Of a DNA stretch of 64,000 nt, positions 1 to 11,677 are shown piece after piece (position 1 is the first letter of the stretch; each line of letters begins with the position of its first letter). The translations under genes were made by a program, and so were the position numbers. This DNA comes from Perkinsus olseni (Eukaryota), in the NCBI GenBank assembly GCA_013115125.1, contig JABANN010000063.1:1-64000 (forward strand), written 5' to 3'. The notes beneath the pieces are model-generated. The model did not search any database, was not told the DNA's origin, and was given only the letters and a program-made list of their open reading frames with translations.

Positions 1-135
1 TTTTGCCCCTCGGGGGGGCCCCCACCCCCCCCCCCCCCCCCCGCAACCCCCCCCCCCCCCCCCCCCCCCCACCCCAAAAAAAAAACAACCACCCCCCCCC
101 CCCCCCGGGGGGGGGGGGCGGGCCCCCCCCGGCCA
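1..135. repeat. Low-complexity poly-C/poly-G/poly-A tract at window start, probably contig-end or read-quality artefact
   Basis: Homopolymer runs of C (over 20 nt), G and A with no regular unit; the only ORF is poly-Pro/Gly. Confidence 0.7.
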
Positions 136-318
136 CCGGCAAGGGCCTTCGGGACCCCCCTCAAATCTTGGACACCCCCCTAAGAGCGCGCGGACAGAAT
201 CGCAAACCATACGACCAAGAGTGGGGGTAACGCTCCGAACGTTCCTAGAGCGTGAGTCGCGCTCCGCTCCGCTACGACAAGCAAGTCCAAAGAGGGCTTT
301 GAAATTCGTGGGAGCCGA

Positions 319-512
319 TCGAATTTAGTTCAGCACGTAGAGCGGCTGACTCTTACCCTGGCGGCCCGGGTTCGACCCCCGACAGCAGATAATCCCTCAG
401 TAAAGCTGAGGATGGTGAGGGCGGCGGTCGGTGGCGAGTCTTGCTGGCACTATCCCGGGGGCTCAACCACTCCGTGAAGACGAAGTCCGGCAGAGTGCCA
501 CGCGCCACAAAA
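319..512 (+). mobile_element. tRNA-Lys(CTT)-derived SINE-like element
   Basis: TAGTTCAGCACGTAGAGCGGCTGACTCTTA resembles a tRNA-Lys A box/D arm plus CTCTTA anticodon loop. GGGTTCGACCCC is a B box/T arm. Acceptor and anticodon stems are broken, so it is not a functional tRNA. A GC-rich structured body follows, ending CGCCACAAAA. Confidence 0.5.
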
Positions 513-547
513 TTCTCACTGCTGAGCACTGCTCAGCATCTTATAAA

Positions 548-664
548 CATTCCTGGGCACGTTCCTGGGAATGTTCCTAGCGTGCGTTTTTTGAGCAGGA
601 TTTGTGCATTCCCGTTCCTGGGAACGTTCCTGAAACTCAGGAACGGTTTATTTGAACAGCCCGG
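548..664. repeat. Cluster of GTTCCT/AGGAAC motifs ending in a possible DNA-transposon terminal inverted repeat
   Basis: (G)TTCCT occurs about five times in 548-632, AGGAAC near 640, another GTTCCT at 241. The reverse complement of the end reads CCGGGCTGTTCAAATAAACC, similar to hAT/Harbinger-type termini. No partner end found. Confidence 0.3.
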
Positions 665-1067
665 GAGGTACTCAAGCCGAATCACTCAACGGATCGACAG
701 TTCACTGAGGATGCTCTGACAAGTCCTGGAAGGGGTTGCCACCCCAAGATGTATTAAATCCAGGGATCGTGAAGCTGAAGATGGATACAGGCTCCTCTTA
801 TGCAACCATTCAACCCCGCTTTCCGGTGACAACACAAAGCGACACTTATTGAGAAGCCCGATGTCCCCCCGGTTGCTCGGGTAGGATGAGGCATGCACGT
901 GGTAAGGCCCCGACGCTTTCTCGTAGTAGAAGGGGCTCATTCATTAGTGCTGATGTTCCAGCGATAGTATCGCTACATAGTGTCAGTATACAAATATAAT
1001 GTACTCAGGTGATGCAGACCAGCAGGCCAGCCAGCATCATCGATAAACGGGTTCACCAGGTCCTCGG

Positions 1068-3805
1068 TCAAGGACAGTGCTTTATAAATACCACCATCAC
1101 AGTGATGTTGTCTTGGGAGTTCCTCAACAGCGCCATTCGGCAGAGTTCTTCGCTCAAGTCCCGGGCTGTCAACAGCGGGTAATTCTCGCGTGCAACCACA
1201 ACCGCCTCGGCAACTTCTCTAAAAACAGGGAGCAGTTTGAATAGTATTCAGCTGAGTTGTCGCTAACGGACTCTTCAGAGACGACATCCCAGAGTCCATC
1301 ACTGGCCAGAACACAGGCCACATGTTCTTCGCTAAGGCTCGACATCGTACCTTCAAGCACCCTCGAGAAGCAGCGTGTGTTGCAGCGCTCACAGTAAGGG
1401 AAGCAGGTTAAACCATGATTGCTATTTTTAAATTCCCTGTCGCCGAAGGAGCGGCTAACTGCCAATCCTCGGCGGCGATCAGCTGCAAGGGTCCGCCATG
1501 TTCCGCGGCGGTTCACTATCTCCTGAACCACCGACCAGTGCAGCCAATAGAGGAACCCACCACTGTACCGGCTCAGGATCTTGACCTCGCTCCCTGGCTA
1601 TTCTGGTGACCACTTTTCGCTCTGACTCAAGGTCGAGTTTATGATCCTGAAATTTCAGATACTCAACGAAATATGAATCCAGAACGTCTGCCGACCTCCC
1701 TGCCGAGCTCACTTTCACTCAGCTGCGTCGAAGAATGGAGACTAGAAACTTACCTGCGTCAGTGTGCACCAAGTTGAGTTCTTCCGTATAAGTATCGCCC
1801 TGGAGTCGCCGCAATTAGCCGTGAACAGAGTACCATCGTCGAAGACTACCACAGTGGCTGTACCTAGCAAGTTGGACGTTCGCTGCTCCCTCTGGAGCAA
1901 CGTCCAAGCTATCATGGGGGACCGCGAACAGCCCCTTCGATATGTGCATCTTCTATCGTCGGGAACTCGCGTCGATGAGCTCAAGCAACCGAAGATTCAA
2001 TCATCGCCGAAGACGTCAAGTCCATCAAGCCAAGCGGTGAAGTCCTCAGGACGACGACGGCACCTACTGCCGTCCTTGATAGACTCCTCCGCGAGTATGA
2101 TTGAGTCTTGCTCAACAAAACATCGCTTGATGGTGTCACCGAAGGTCTTGCAATCCCAAACTTGCCCTGATCCAGGACGAATAGAGTGCGGCGAAATAGA
2201 CTCACCGTGCACTAGCCGGCTACTGGGGACCACGGAAGGTTATCATAACGCTTCGAAGGTGTAAAATCCGTAAAGCGAGGAGGATAAATGTTGAGAACGC
2301 TTAGAAGACCTCCCCTGAATTTTAAGAGCGCTCCCAGAATTCAATCCAACGGGTAGAAGAGGCTCCAGAGAGTGCTGCTGAAAGCCAGGAGAGGTCCACT
2401 GAACAACCGGGTTGTGTCCCAGCTAACGGCTGAGAGTACGTCTCCTACTACTACCATGGTTCTGTTTGAGGTGATGGATGGCCTTCAGTACGGCATCGCC
2501 AAGATGCGCTTGAAGATACTTGCTAGCATCTGACGATTAGAGAAACTATCGCGCGAACATCTAATCAAGCAACATCACCTTCGCCACTGTGGCCATCGTA
2601 GACAGCGCCGAGGAGACCAGAAACGACACAAGAGCAAGTGCCGGCCTTGTAGAGGAGGCCTGAAAGTATCCGATGGGGACTAACATCCATCAACCATGTG
2701 TCATTGGATTCCACTGTGATGCCCTAATAGAGCTCCTAAAGACGAAGAGCTCGACGCACGATAGTTCCTCTGACGCAGAACAATGGTCTCCCACATGCTT
2801 GGTGGAGAGAATGACTCACACTCCTCTTGTGCCTGACAGTAGTGGACAGCAGCTCTGTCTTCCTGATAATTCCTGCTGCCTTGTTCCTGGTGGCCGCCTA
2901 TGCTCAATGTCATTCGAGGACCACAGGGTACGCCGACTGAGGCGAAGCGAGGTCACAGTCGATGGCTCCACCAGTACCGGCCTACCCGCCTCATCATCGA
3001 CCTCCATGGGCACTACAAAGTCATCAACAACAGTACTGGCAAGTGTAGTCACGCCCGATGCAGCTTTCGAAGACGCAGGTGAGATCGGGCTAGTCTCGTC
3101 GCCAATGTTAGCGTCTGATACAATACAGTTAATGGACAGAGCGAGATTATATAAGCGATGACCTTGGTTCTCCTCAGTGGGTCGCCTGGGATGGGACTCG
3201 CTCGAAGTGGCTTTGCAAGGTGGTACGGGCCCAAGCGAGCCGCCCTCTGAGTGCGAACAGGAGTAGGGAAGTCCATAAGTCGAACAAGGAAAGTCATCCA
3301 ACGTGTATTATTCCCTTCCTGACGTACCACTGCCGCCGCCACTCAGGAGACTTCGACCGAGATGGAAGAACTGGGACGTTGACATAGTCATGAATGACGG
3401 CAAAATGGGAGCAGTCAATGACGACACAACAAGATGGTATCGCTGAATGCCCGTCGAACGCGAAAAGTGCGTCAACCGCGGGCTCAACAACTGCAGTCTT
3501 CTAACCGTGTGACTTCACCGGCGCATGAAACATCATCATGCGAGCAGGCCAACTGTGCGCTTCAATAGGTCTTCAGGCGGTCACTTTTCTGACCGCCTCG
3601 CGAGCCCCAGCATCCTCCCTATGAGCGATCAAGATGCCAAAAACGAGATGGGGGCTTGAAGAGTCTGCGAGGGAAAGATCGAACGTCTTAGAAAGCTTCG
3701 CTTCCCATGCGACAGATTTATCAGGAAATCTTCTTCCCACGTCCTAAGAATCACGGTACTCGCCTGGAGTTCTTCAGAAGAACTTCTTCTCCTCGTGCTC
3801 GTCAT
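1068..3805 (-). CDS. Protein phosphatase 2C (PPM family), multi-exon; start codon uncertain
   Basis: Ordered PP2C motifs across exons: QGSRNYQEDR, AVYDGHSG, TATVVVFDDGTLFTANCGDSRAIL, LAVSRSFGDREFK, VLASDGLWDVVS, NSQDNITVMVV. Stop TGA at 1068-1070. Confidence 0.88.
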
Positions 3806-4704
3806 CTTCCTAGCTCTGACTCAGGTGAAGAAATGAGACTCGCTCACTCGTGGTGTGCGAGTCGCACCGCTTGAGAAATAGGAATATCATGCTCCCGCAT
3901 TCTCGCTCGCCCGCGTGCACAATAATTGTCCCTTCGAAGCTGACTGAACGCATACCCCACGAAAGTCGTTGCCGAAGTCCTTCTAGCAGCTCAGTCGGTC
4001 TGAAGCGTTGGGTGAGGACGAATGGGTCGAAAACCCGGCCCACTACTTGAGTATCCGCTCTGCACTCGCGGGTGTTTGACCGATATACCCATTGCCTCCA
4101 TCGAGGAGCCTCCTCGGAAGTTACTGTCTTCCGCTCCACCGTAAGTAAATTCGCTTTGACGCGAGCTCGGACAGACTATTCACGGCTAGTAGGGCGATCC
4201 CTTGGGCACCGCAGGTAATCGATTACCACCGTCAAACCTCATCGCGAGTCGCGACTCCGTAGTCCCTTCAGCCCGTTCTCAATTTTTCATTACTACGGTG
4301 CCTGGAAACTCAGCGTCGATTCTCGCATGAAAATTCTGTTCGATTCTGACTATCACAACGACACGCTGATGAATCGTCCCCGAGACTCGGGGCCCGAGTA
4401 GCCTGGTATACGAAGTTCGCATTGCGAAGGCTGTGTGCTAGAAACCGTCTGATTGAGAAAAGAAGACCCGACTTTTGCAGTCTGCAACTCAATCATTCAT
4501 CTACTGCCTTATTGTCATCAGCGCCTTGACTTAAGTCCAGCGTACTGGCTTACCGGAGCAAGATAGGAGCAAAGCTTCTGCCTCAGGGTCTATTCCCCTG
4601 ATTTAAGGAGATGGACTTCGCAGGTGGGGAGTAGCCCGTGGTGACATTTCAGCTCTTCTTGCGTGAATTGTAGCTCGTCAGTAACATGATTTCGCATACC
4701 TTAA

Positions 4705-5976
4705 ATGCTAAAACTCATCGCGCTCCTCCAGTCAGTTGCGTGGAGATTAGCCTCACCTTCACCACTGTCATTGCTGATGACACACAATACCGTGGAAATG
4801 AACTTCGATGGTCATATCATCAATCTTGCCGTCGACACTGCAAGCTACAAGTCCTACCTAGTGTATGGTGGGTGGTATGAAAGTCTCTACGACCCTGGTT
4901 CCTGCAAATACCTCATCTCGGGCTGCTACTTCTGCCCTCCGAACGATTCATGTGACCTCGACTCCTTGCTGGCTCAAAAGGTATACAAGACTCGCTACGG
5001 CAATGGAGAAGTTGTGAGATACGTGAATCGTAAGGTCAACTCGATAACCACTGAGCGAGAGCTCACAAAACTGGAAATTGATCTCGTGGTTTGGAGTTCA
5101 CGAGTGAAGCGAGGCATTCAGCCATTCGCTATGCTCGGCCTCAGTCTCCCGAAACCCGGGGCAAACGAAGAAACTAAGGCACCCTCGTTCCTCAAACAAC
5201 TAGTGAGGACAGGAGCAATCCCCTATCTCACCATCGCTGTACATGTGTCTAAGTTCTCCCTCGGGTTGAACGGAAGATTGGTACTCGGCGAGCCTGTCGT
5301 GGAGGTGAAAGATGCGACTCTCTTTCCACTCACGAGACCCTCGTGGAGAAACGGGACGATCGTTGTGAGTGCATGTGCAGCGAAGGTAAGGAGCCCATCA
5401 AGCAGTGAGCGAGTAGCAGAACTCACCAACTTGCAAGGGTGTATTGACGTGGTTATTGATACCTGCGCTGATGCTACCGTCGTGCCTGATAAGGTATTCT
5501 CGATGATTCGGAAAACCATCGAGGTGGAGTTTGGCCGGGACCGGGTCGATGGGACCGGAAAAGCTCCTTCCACGAAGAGTCGGAAGTTGGCTGCTTATGT
5601 CGACGCTAAGGGGTGGATTTGGTTTCGAAGAAGTGTCATCGAACGCCTCCCGGTGGTCGCCGTCCAAGTTCACGCTGCATCCTCTTTCGAAGTGCGTTTG
5701 AGCAATCGCGTCCAAGTATGTGATGGTGGGTAGTGCATACTTTTAGTACTTAACCGAGTAAATATTAACGTCACTTCGGAAGTGTTTGTTCTAGGAAGAC
5801 CCTTCTTCGTGGAGCACGATGTTCATATTGATCTCGATGGCGGGGTCATTGGTCTCGTGACGCCTGGGAGCCTCGTGGTGAAGGAAATAGCATCCCCAGA
5901 GTCGTGGAGGAAACACAAGCAACCTCACTGCAAGAGAACGGGGGCACGTTGCTCTGGAGTCTGCAGCTTCCTCTGA
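4705..5976 (+). pseudogene. Pepsin-like (A1) aspartic protease family member, intronless, with in-frame stop
   Basis: Signal-peptide-like N-terminus, INLAVDTAS, YGNG, AMLGLS, GRLVLG, VVIDTCA and FVLGRPFF...IDLDGGVIGL. TAG at 5731-5733 interrupts a frame that continues to 5976. Both DTG motifs have lost the Gly. Confidence 0.72.
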
Positions 5977-7466
5977 GCTTGCAGTGGCTGGTCACAGTTC
6001 CATGGCCCCTGGACCGTGTGCCTCTGCACTGCCTCTTTGCATGTATGATCAACATATTTACATGATTTCGCTTGTCGCGTCAAGTTGTCTTATCTTGTCT
6101 TGTCTGGTCTCCGTTGTCGATGCTCGCAGAGAGCACGCTAGATCGAGCAGGCCAGGAACGAAAAGCGACAGGAATAGAATCTTCTTCCGAAGGGACTGGA
6201 AAGTCAGTTCTCAATGATAATTTCGGATCAGCTTCATTTTGTATCAAGATGATGATGGGGAGCACGTGCATAGATGGGAGAGATTTATGCCAGTAACCGC
6301 AAGAGCTTAACGTATTCATGCTCATCTAGCGCCTTCCCCATTGAGCTGCCTCAATGCAGGCATTGTATCTGTCACGACCCATCAAACCCGAACCCCGCCG
6401 CGCTCGAGTATCAGTCTGACTTATGAGCGTTGGACTGGCTTTTCAGCCACAACGGTTGTATCTCACTTCACCGAGTCTTCCAAACCTCGCCACGGCTTCT
6501 AGTTCGAGCTTCACATCATTCGTCGCTTTGTCTGGTGCTCAAGTCATGGTACTATGCCGATCAGTCACTCGCCCCAGAAGATTAAACATTGAAGTCGGTT
6601 GAGTTCAGTCCCCTCGTCACGCCGTTACTCTTCACCTTAATACGTGGGGAATTCCTGACATTCACCTCTATCGGAAGATATCTGGGAGCGTCTCGTAGAG
6701 CTCCTGTATTACGGGCAGTGTTTCGGCGACGCTAGCTCGGATGAGGATCACGTGCGAAAACGAAATCTACAGCGGATTCTGAGTCTACTGTAGTTTATTG
6801 AACTCCGGAAAAACACCCTTAGTTTAAAAAATGTAACGTGTCGTAAAGAGACCATCGTGCTACGCGCCTGCAGCACCTGGGGCTCCAGCCAGCACTTAGA
6901 TACTGACATGGAGCCTCAATCGTGCGACCGCCATTCTCGTGCTACGCGGCATAGTGCCCCCACCTTAGCATTTTCTTCACCATCCCACTAACCTGCGCGT
7001 GATGGATGGGCACCGGAAATTGTGCTTCCTCGCAAAAGTAAACTCAACACAAGCAGCCTCAGCTCACCACTCGGAGTCAAGTACGTCACAACATAGATGC
7101 AAGCCGACAGAAAATCAATCTCTCTTAGCCCACGAAACTCAAAAACCATTCTAGAGCTGTCACTGACGACGCCCAGGCAGGAGACAAACAACTTTGAGCC
7201 CACGAGATTTTGACCCGAAGCCCTGAGGCTCGGTAGTGCTACTCGGTAACACAAAGCTCGTCGACTTGGAGACAGAATGAGTCGCTCACATGTAGTGTAC
7301 TCGAAGATTCTTGAAAAATGGCTGCGTCATCAAAAGCCCTCCTCGTGGGAGTATGGCTCGCCTACAGTCAGCAAGTAACACGTTTGCTGGTCATCTACAG
7401 ATCGAATGCTAGCTGCACACTAATCTACGAATTCATGCTCATCTGGAAACATCTTCAGTACATACC

Positions 7467-8936
7467 CTACTCAACATATATCTTCACACCATTACTAGCA
7501 TTCCGGCCAGGAAGTCTCAACCAGGAGCTCCTGGTCCGGAGAAGGTCTGTGCTACTTGAAAGGTTCGCCAACTCGCTATCTGATAGGCGAACACTGGAAA
7601 CAGCTAAGGTGACTACGTAATCGCGAGTAGTAGACATATCTAGAAACGGTGTCAAGTCAAGTTGATCGTACGCACCCTCGTGGAACTCAAACTTTGAGAA
7701 TAACTCTCGAGTGTGCCAGCAATGGACGTGTCTTATCTGTTTATTCGTAATTGGCTCAGCCTTCACTGACTGAAAGTCCATGAAGCCGTTCTCGGCACCA
7801 GAGATGAGCACGTTATCGCCGATATGGTTGAGGGCCACGTGTCCGCCGTAGAGCAGAGCAACAGCGCGATGCCAGTGCGGCCAACTCTTTACTCCCGAAC
7901 AGCACTTCTCAAACTCGGAGAACTCTTGCGTGAGGAGCCATCTAATCACGGCCAGGGTAAGATTAGCAGATGCTTTGAACAACCGTAGGTTACCATACCA
8001 AGTACTGCCGAGGCTCGTCATTCCCTCCTTGTCTCGGAGGCCGAGTGTTTTCGTGACGTACTTGAGGTGAAGTTCGGCGTTCGTGCTCGAATAGCCTCCC
8101 CAGCCAACAACGAGCTGGTTGCGGTTCTTGGGAAGCCAATCGGCGAAGCCGGGCATGAGGAAGGCATCGAGGTCTGTACGAAGGACATAGTCGTACTCGT
8201 AGCCCTGGTATTCCGCAATAGTGAGCATGCAGTCAACGTAGGCAGTGTAATCACGCAAGGGGTCATCGGGCTCACCATGCGGTGTGGGTCGGTCTCCTAA
8301 AGGGACATAATCCACAATGATGCAGCGGCTGGGCTCCTCAGCGAGCGTGCGTGGGTCACTAGTGCACCCTAATCTTCGAACAAACTCCTTCCCATTGCCA
8401 GTGGTGAAAATGACGAAGTCAGTACGGAGACGAACAAATTCGCTCAACCTGACGAATAACCATGACAGGAAGAGAGCCCTGAGTTCTCGTCGGAAACGGA
8501 GGGGAGGCGTAGCAGGTAGGAAGGCCATGACAGCGCGAGTCGTAGTATTGGCCAGGAAGTCAAGTGGATCGCCAAGATCACCAATAACAGCATCGAGGGA
8601 AGCAGCTGCTCCAGCCACTCGAGACTTGAGAATATCTCGACCCTCATCGAGCTTCCAGTAGTTCGCACTTCCCACGAGGCCAAGCAGACTAGAGGTCGGA
8701 GGCGACTCAGAGGTGGAAGCGCCCCCTCGATCGCTGGTGAATACAACAGGAAGATTTCTTGTTGTGTTCGATATGAGCTTGGTTCGATACGGGTAGGCCG
8801 ACGAGTTTAGCTGAGCAGCGACCATCGGTGTGCCTCGGAAGCGTCTCTCGCACGGTTGGAAGACGGCCCAGAAGCCGCCCTGGAAGAGGAAGCAGAGGAA
8901 ACTGACAGCGCCGAAGACGGCGAAGAGGTTTGGCAT
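7467..8936 (-). CDS. Type II membrane DxD-motif glycosyltransferase-like protein (DUF7164-like), copy 1
   Basis: Intronless long ORF with N-terminal hydrophobic anchor, YDYVLRTDLDAFL, GWGGYS, GSTWYG, WPHWH and HVHCWH. ATG 8936 chosen by alignment to copy 2. Confidence 0.75.
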   Translation of the reverse strand: MPNLFAVFGAVSFLCFLFQGGFWAVFQPCERRFRGTPMVAAQLNSSAYPYRTKLISNTTRNLPVVFTSDRGGASTSESPPTSSLLGLVGSANYWKLDEGRDILKSRVAGAAASLDAVIGDLGDPLDFLANTTTRAVMAFLPATPPLRFRRELRALFLSWLFVRLSEFVRLRTDFVIFTTGNGKEFVRRLGCTSDPRTLAEEPSRCIIVDYVPLGDRPTPHGEPDDPLRDYTAYVDCMLTIAEYQGYEYDYVLRTDLDAFLMPGFADWLPKNRNQLVVGWGGYSSTNAELHLKYVTKTLGLRDKEGMTSLGSTWYGNLRLFKASANLTLAVIRWLLTQEFSEFEKCCSGVKSWPHWHRAVALLYGGHVALNHIGDNVLISGAENGFMDFQSVKAEPITNKQIRHVHCWHTRELFSKFEFHEGAYDQLDLTPFLDMSTTRDYVVTLAVSSVRLSDSELANLSSSTDLLRTRSSWLRLPGRNASNGVKIYVE

Positions 8937-10094
8937 AATCGCTGAACTAAGAAACTTGACGGCCGCACACTCAGTGGATTTTCGCGGGCAATCCATGCGG
9001 TCGCTCTCAGAACGGTTTCCGATGCGCCGAGGGACGATTGACTTACCATACCAAAGATTTGGCCACGTTAACACCGCATCAACACGCAAGCGACTGTGTT
9101 ACTCCGTCAAAATGAAACGACCGATAGGGCGGGCGACGTTTACGACGTGTGAGGCCTAGAAAGCCCTTCTAATTACAGCGGTTGAGGCAGTTTGGGAATA
9201 CGCAGCCGCTGAAGAGTGGCCCATGATTGAGAACTCACAAACGGGAGAACGAAAAGCGAATATTTTGCTCAGACTACCCTTCACCCGCTGAGGTGGAATG
9301 TTAAAAATCAAGGACGTTGTTCTTAGAAGGCGGGGGAAATATACCCTACCCCACTTTCAGCTCGTGCGTTAAAGATTCACGTGTATTAATTCGTCAGTCG
9401 GTGTTCAGCGGAGCTATGGCGCTCTAACTTTGCTTCCTCAACCGTTTTGTCGTACTGCCTGTGCGCTTCGAAGACCTCTCCGAGACAGGTCGATCAACAG
9501 TGAATCCGACGAATAATGCGGAGTTGAGTCCTTGTACCGATGCTTGTTGATTAGCTTGTGCTCTCAAAGGACAGGTCATCATGACCGTCCTCCGAGTTGG
9601 CACCTCACCCGCCTACACGTAACGGAATTTGCTGATGATTCTTCATAAACGCCGACGTGTTCTTCAACTTCGATCGTGGGGTTATTGCTCTTGATCACTT
9701 AAAACACCCGTGGGAGAGATCTCGTATCAGACGATAACTCCAGTATGAAGTCGCGGACAGGGAAGTAAACGCGGGGCTGCCAATATCATTCTGACCAGCG
9801 CGTTCGCAACTTGTATGCCTCGAAACTCTTGACAGAGATACTGCATAACACAATGTTTCTTTGTCAAAGACGGAATTCGCTTATGTAAGTAGAAAGTGTA
9901 CGGTAGAAGGTCTGTAAGAAAAAATCAAACAGGTGCAATGTCAAATAGTCCCCGTGAAAGAGGACTCACCTGCAATCAGCCAGAGAGGCATCTGGTGGTC
10001 ATAAAATGGTCGTTGAAAACGGACCAAGTGAAGGCGACTCTGTTGACGCCTCTACTGAGTCACAGAAATCTAGTGTAGATCCACAGTACATGCT

Positions 10095-11441
10095 CTACTC
10101 AACATATATCTTCACATCATTACTAGCATTCCGGTCAGGAAGTCTCAACCAGGAGCTCCTGTTCCGGAGAAGATCTGTGTTACTTGAAAGATCCGCCAAC
10201 TCGCTATCTGATAGGCGAACACAGGAAACAGCTAAGGTGACTACGTAATCGCGAGTAGTAGACATATCTAGAAACGGTGTCAAGTCAAGTTGATCGTACG
10301 CACCCTCGTGGAACTCAAACTTTGAGAATAATTCTCGAGTGTGCCAGCAATGGACGTGTTTTATCTGCTTGTTGGTAATTGGCTCAGACTTCACTGAGTC
10401 GAAATCCATGAAGCCATTCTCGGCACCAGAGATGAGCACGTTATCGCCGATATGGTTGAGGGCCACGTGTCCGCCGTAGAGCAGAGCAACAGCGCGATGC
10501 CAGTGCGGCCAACTCTCTATTTCCGAACAACATCTCTCAAACTCGGAGAACTCTTGCGTGAGGAGCCATCTAATCACGGCCAGGGTGAGATTAGCGGATG
10601 CTTTAAACAACCGTCGGTTACCATACCAAGTACTGCCGAGGCTCGTCATACCCTCCTTGTCTCGGAGGCCGAGTGTTTTCGTGACGTACTTGAGGTGAAG
10701 TTCGGCGTTCTTGCTCGAATAGCCTCCCCAGCCAACAACGAGCTGGTTGTGGTCCTTGGGAAGCCAATCGGCGAAGCCGGGCATGAGGAAGGCATCGAGG
10801 TCTGTACGAAGGACATAGTCGTACTCGTAGCCCTGGTATTCCGCAATAGTGAGCATGCAGTCAACGTAGGCAGTGTAATCACGCAAGGGGTCATCGGGCT
10901 CACCATGCGGTGTGGGCCGGTCTTCTAAGGGGACATAATCGACAATGATGCAGCGACTGGACTCCTCAACTGCACGACGCGGCTCGCTAGAGCATCCTAT
11001 GTCTTCTGCGACCTGCTTTCCCTCTTCAGCAGTGAAAATAACGAGGTCAGTCCGGAGACGATCAGATTCGCTGAACTTCATAAAGATCCACGACAGATAC
11101 AACGCGCGCAGCTCACGACGGAAGTGCGGAGGAGGGGTAGTGGGTAGGAAGGCCATGACAGCGCGAGTCGTAGTATTGGCCCGGAAGTCACGTGGTTCGC
11201 CAAGATCACCAACAACAGCATCGAGGGAAGCAGCTGCTTCCGCCACTCGAGACTTGAGAATATCTCGACCCTCACCGAGCTGCCAATAGTTCGCACTGCC
11301 CACGAGGCCAAGGAGACCAGAGGGCGACGCTGGCACGCCTCGGAGACTGTGCTCGTGCGGTTGGAGAACAGTCCAGACGCTACTCTGAAAAAGGAAGTAG
11401 AGGAGAGCGACTGTAAAGAGAAGGCCGAGTAGATGTGACAT
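10095..11441 (-). CDS. Type II membrane DxD-motif glycosyltransferase-like protein (DUF7164-like), copy 2
   Basis: Tandem paralog of 7467-8936 with near-identical C-terminal two-thirds and a shorter stem region. Confidence 0.75.
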   Translation of the reverse strand: MSHLLGLLFTVALLYFLFQSSVWTVLQPHEHSLRGVPASPSGLLGLVGSANYWQLGEGRDILKSRVAEAAASLDAVVGDLGEPRDFRANTTTRAVMAFLPTTPPPHFRRELRALYLSWIFMKFSESDRLRTDLVIFTAEEGKQVAEDIGCSSEPRRAVEESSRCIIVDYVPLEDRPTPHGEPDDPLRDYTAYVDCMLTIAEYQGYEYDYVLRTDLDAFLMPGFADWLPKDHNQLVVGWGGYSSKNAELHLKYVTKTLGLRDKEGMTSLGSTWYGNRRLFKASANLTLAVIRWLLTQEFSEFERCCSEIESWPHWHRAVALLYGGHVALNHIGDNVLISGAENGFMDFDSVKSEPITNKQIKHVHCWHTRELFSKFEFHEGAYDQLDLTPFLDMSTTRDYVVTLAVSCVRLSDSELADLSSNTDLLRNRSSWLRLPDRNASNDVKIYVE

Positions 11442-11677
11442 GGTTGAAAGTATTGCCAACCTGACTAGAATGCATGTAAGACTCTAGACCACACCGCGGT
11501 CACCACAGCTCAACAACGCTGGTTGATGGACGAAGCCTGACGACCAGATTCCTTCCCAGAAGATGTATAGAAAGGAGCATGAACTCCTGAACAGCGAATG
11601 AGACGTCGCAATAAAACAAGGACATTAATGCTGGGCAAAGCGACCCGCCGAAAAATTGTGAAGTGTGTGCAAGTTCA

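Noticed and set aside
3..230. Proline-rich ORF at the window start
   Set aside because: Translation of homopolymer runs, likely low-quality contig-end sequence.
405..430. CTGAGGA matching the hammerhead core CUGANGA
   Set aside because: No downstream GAAA closing a stem II; the motif is part of a simple hairpin.
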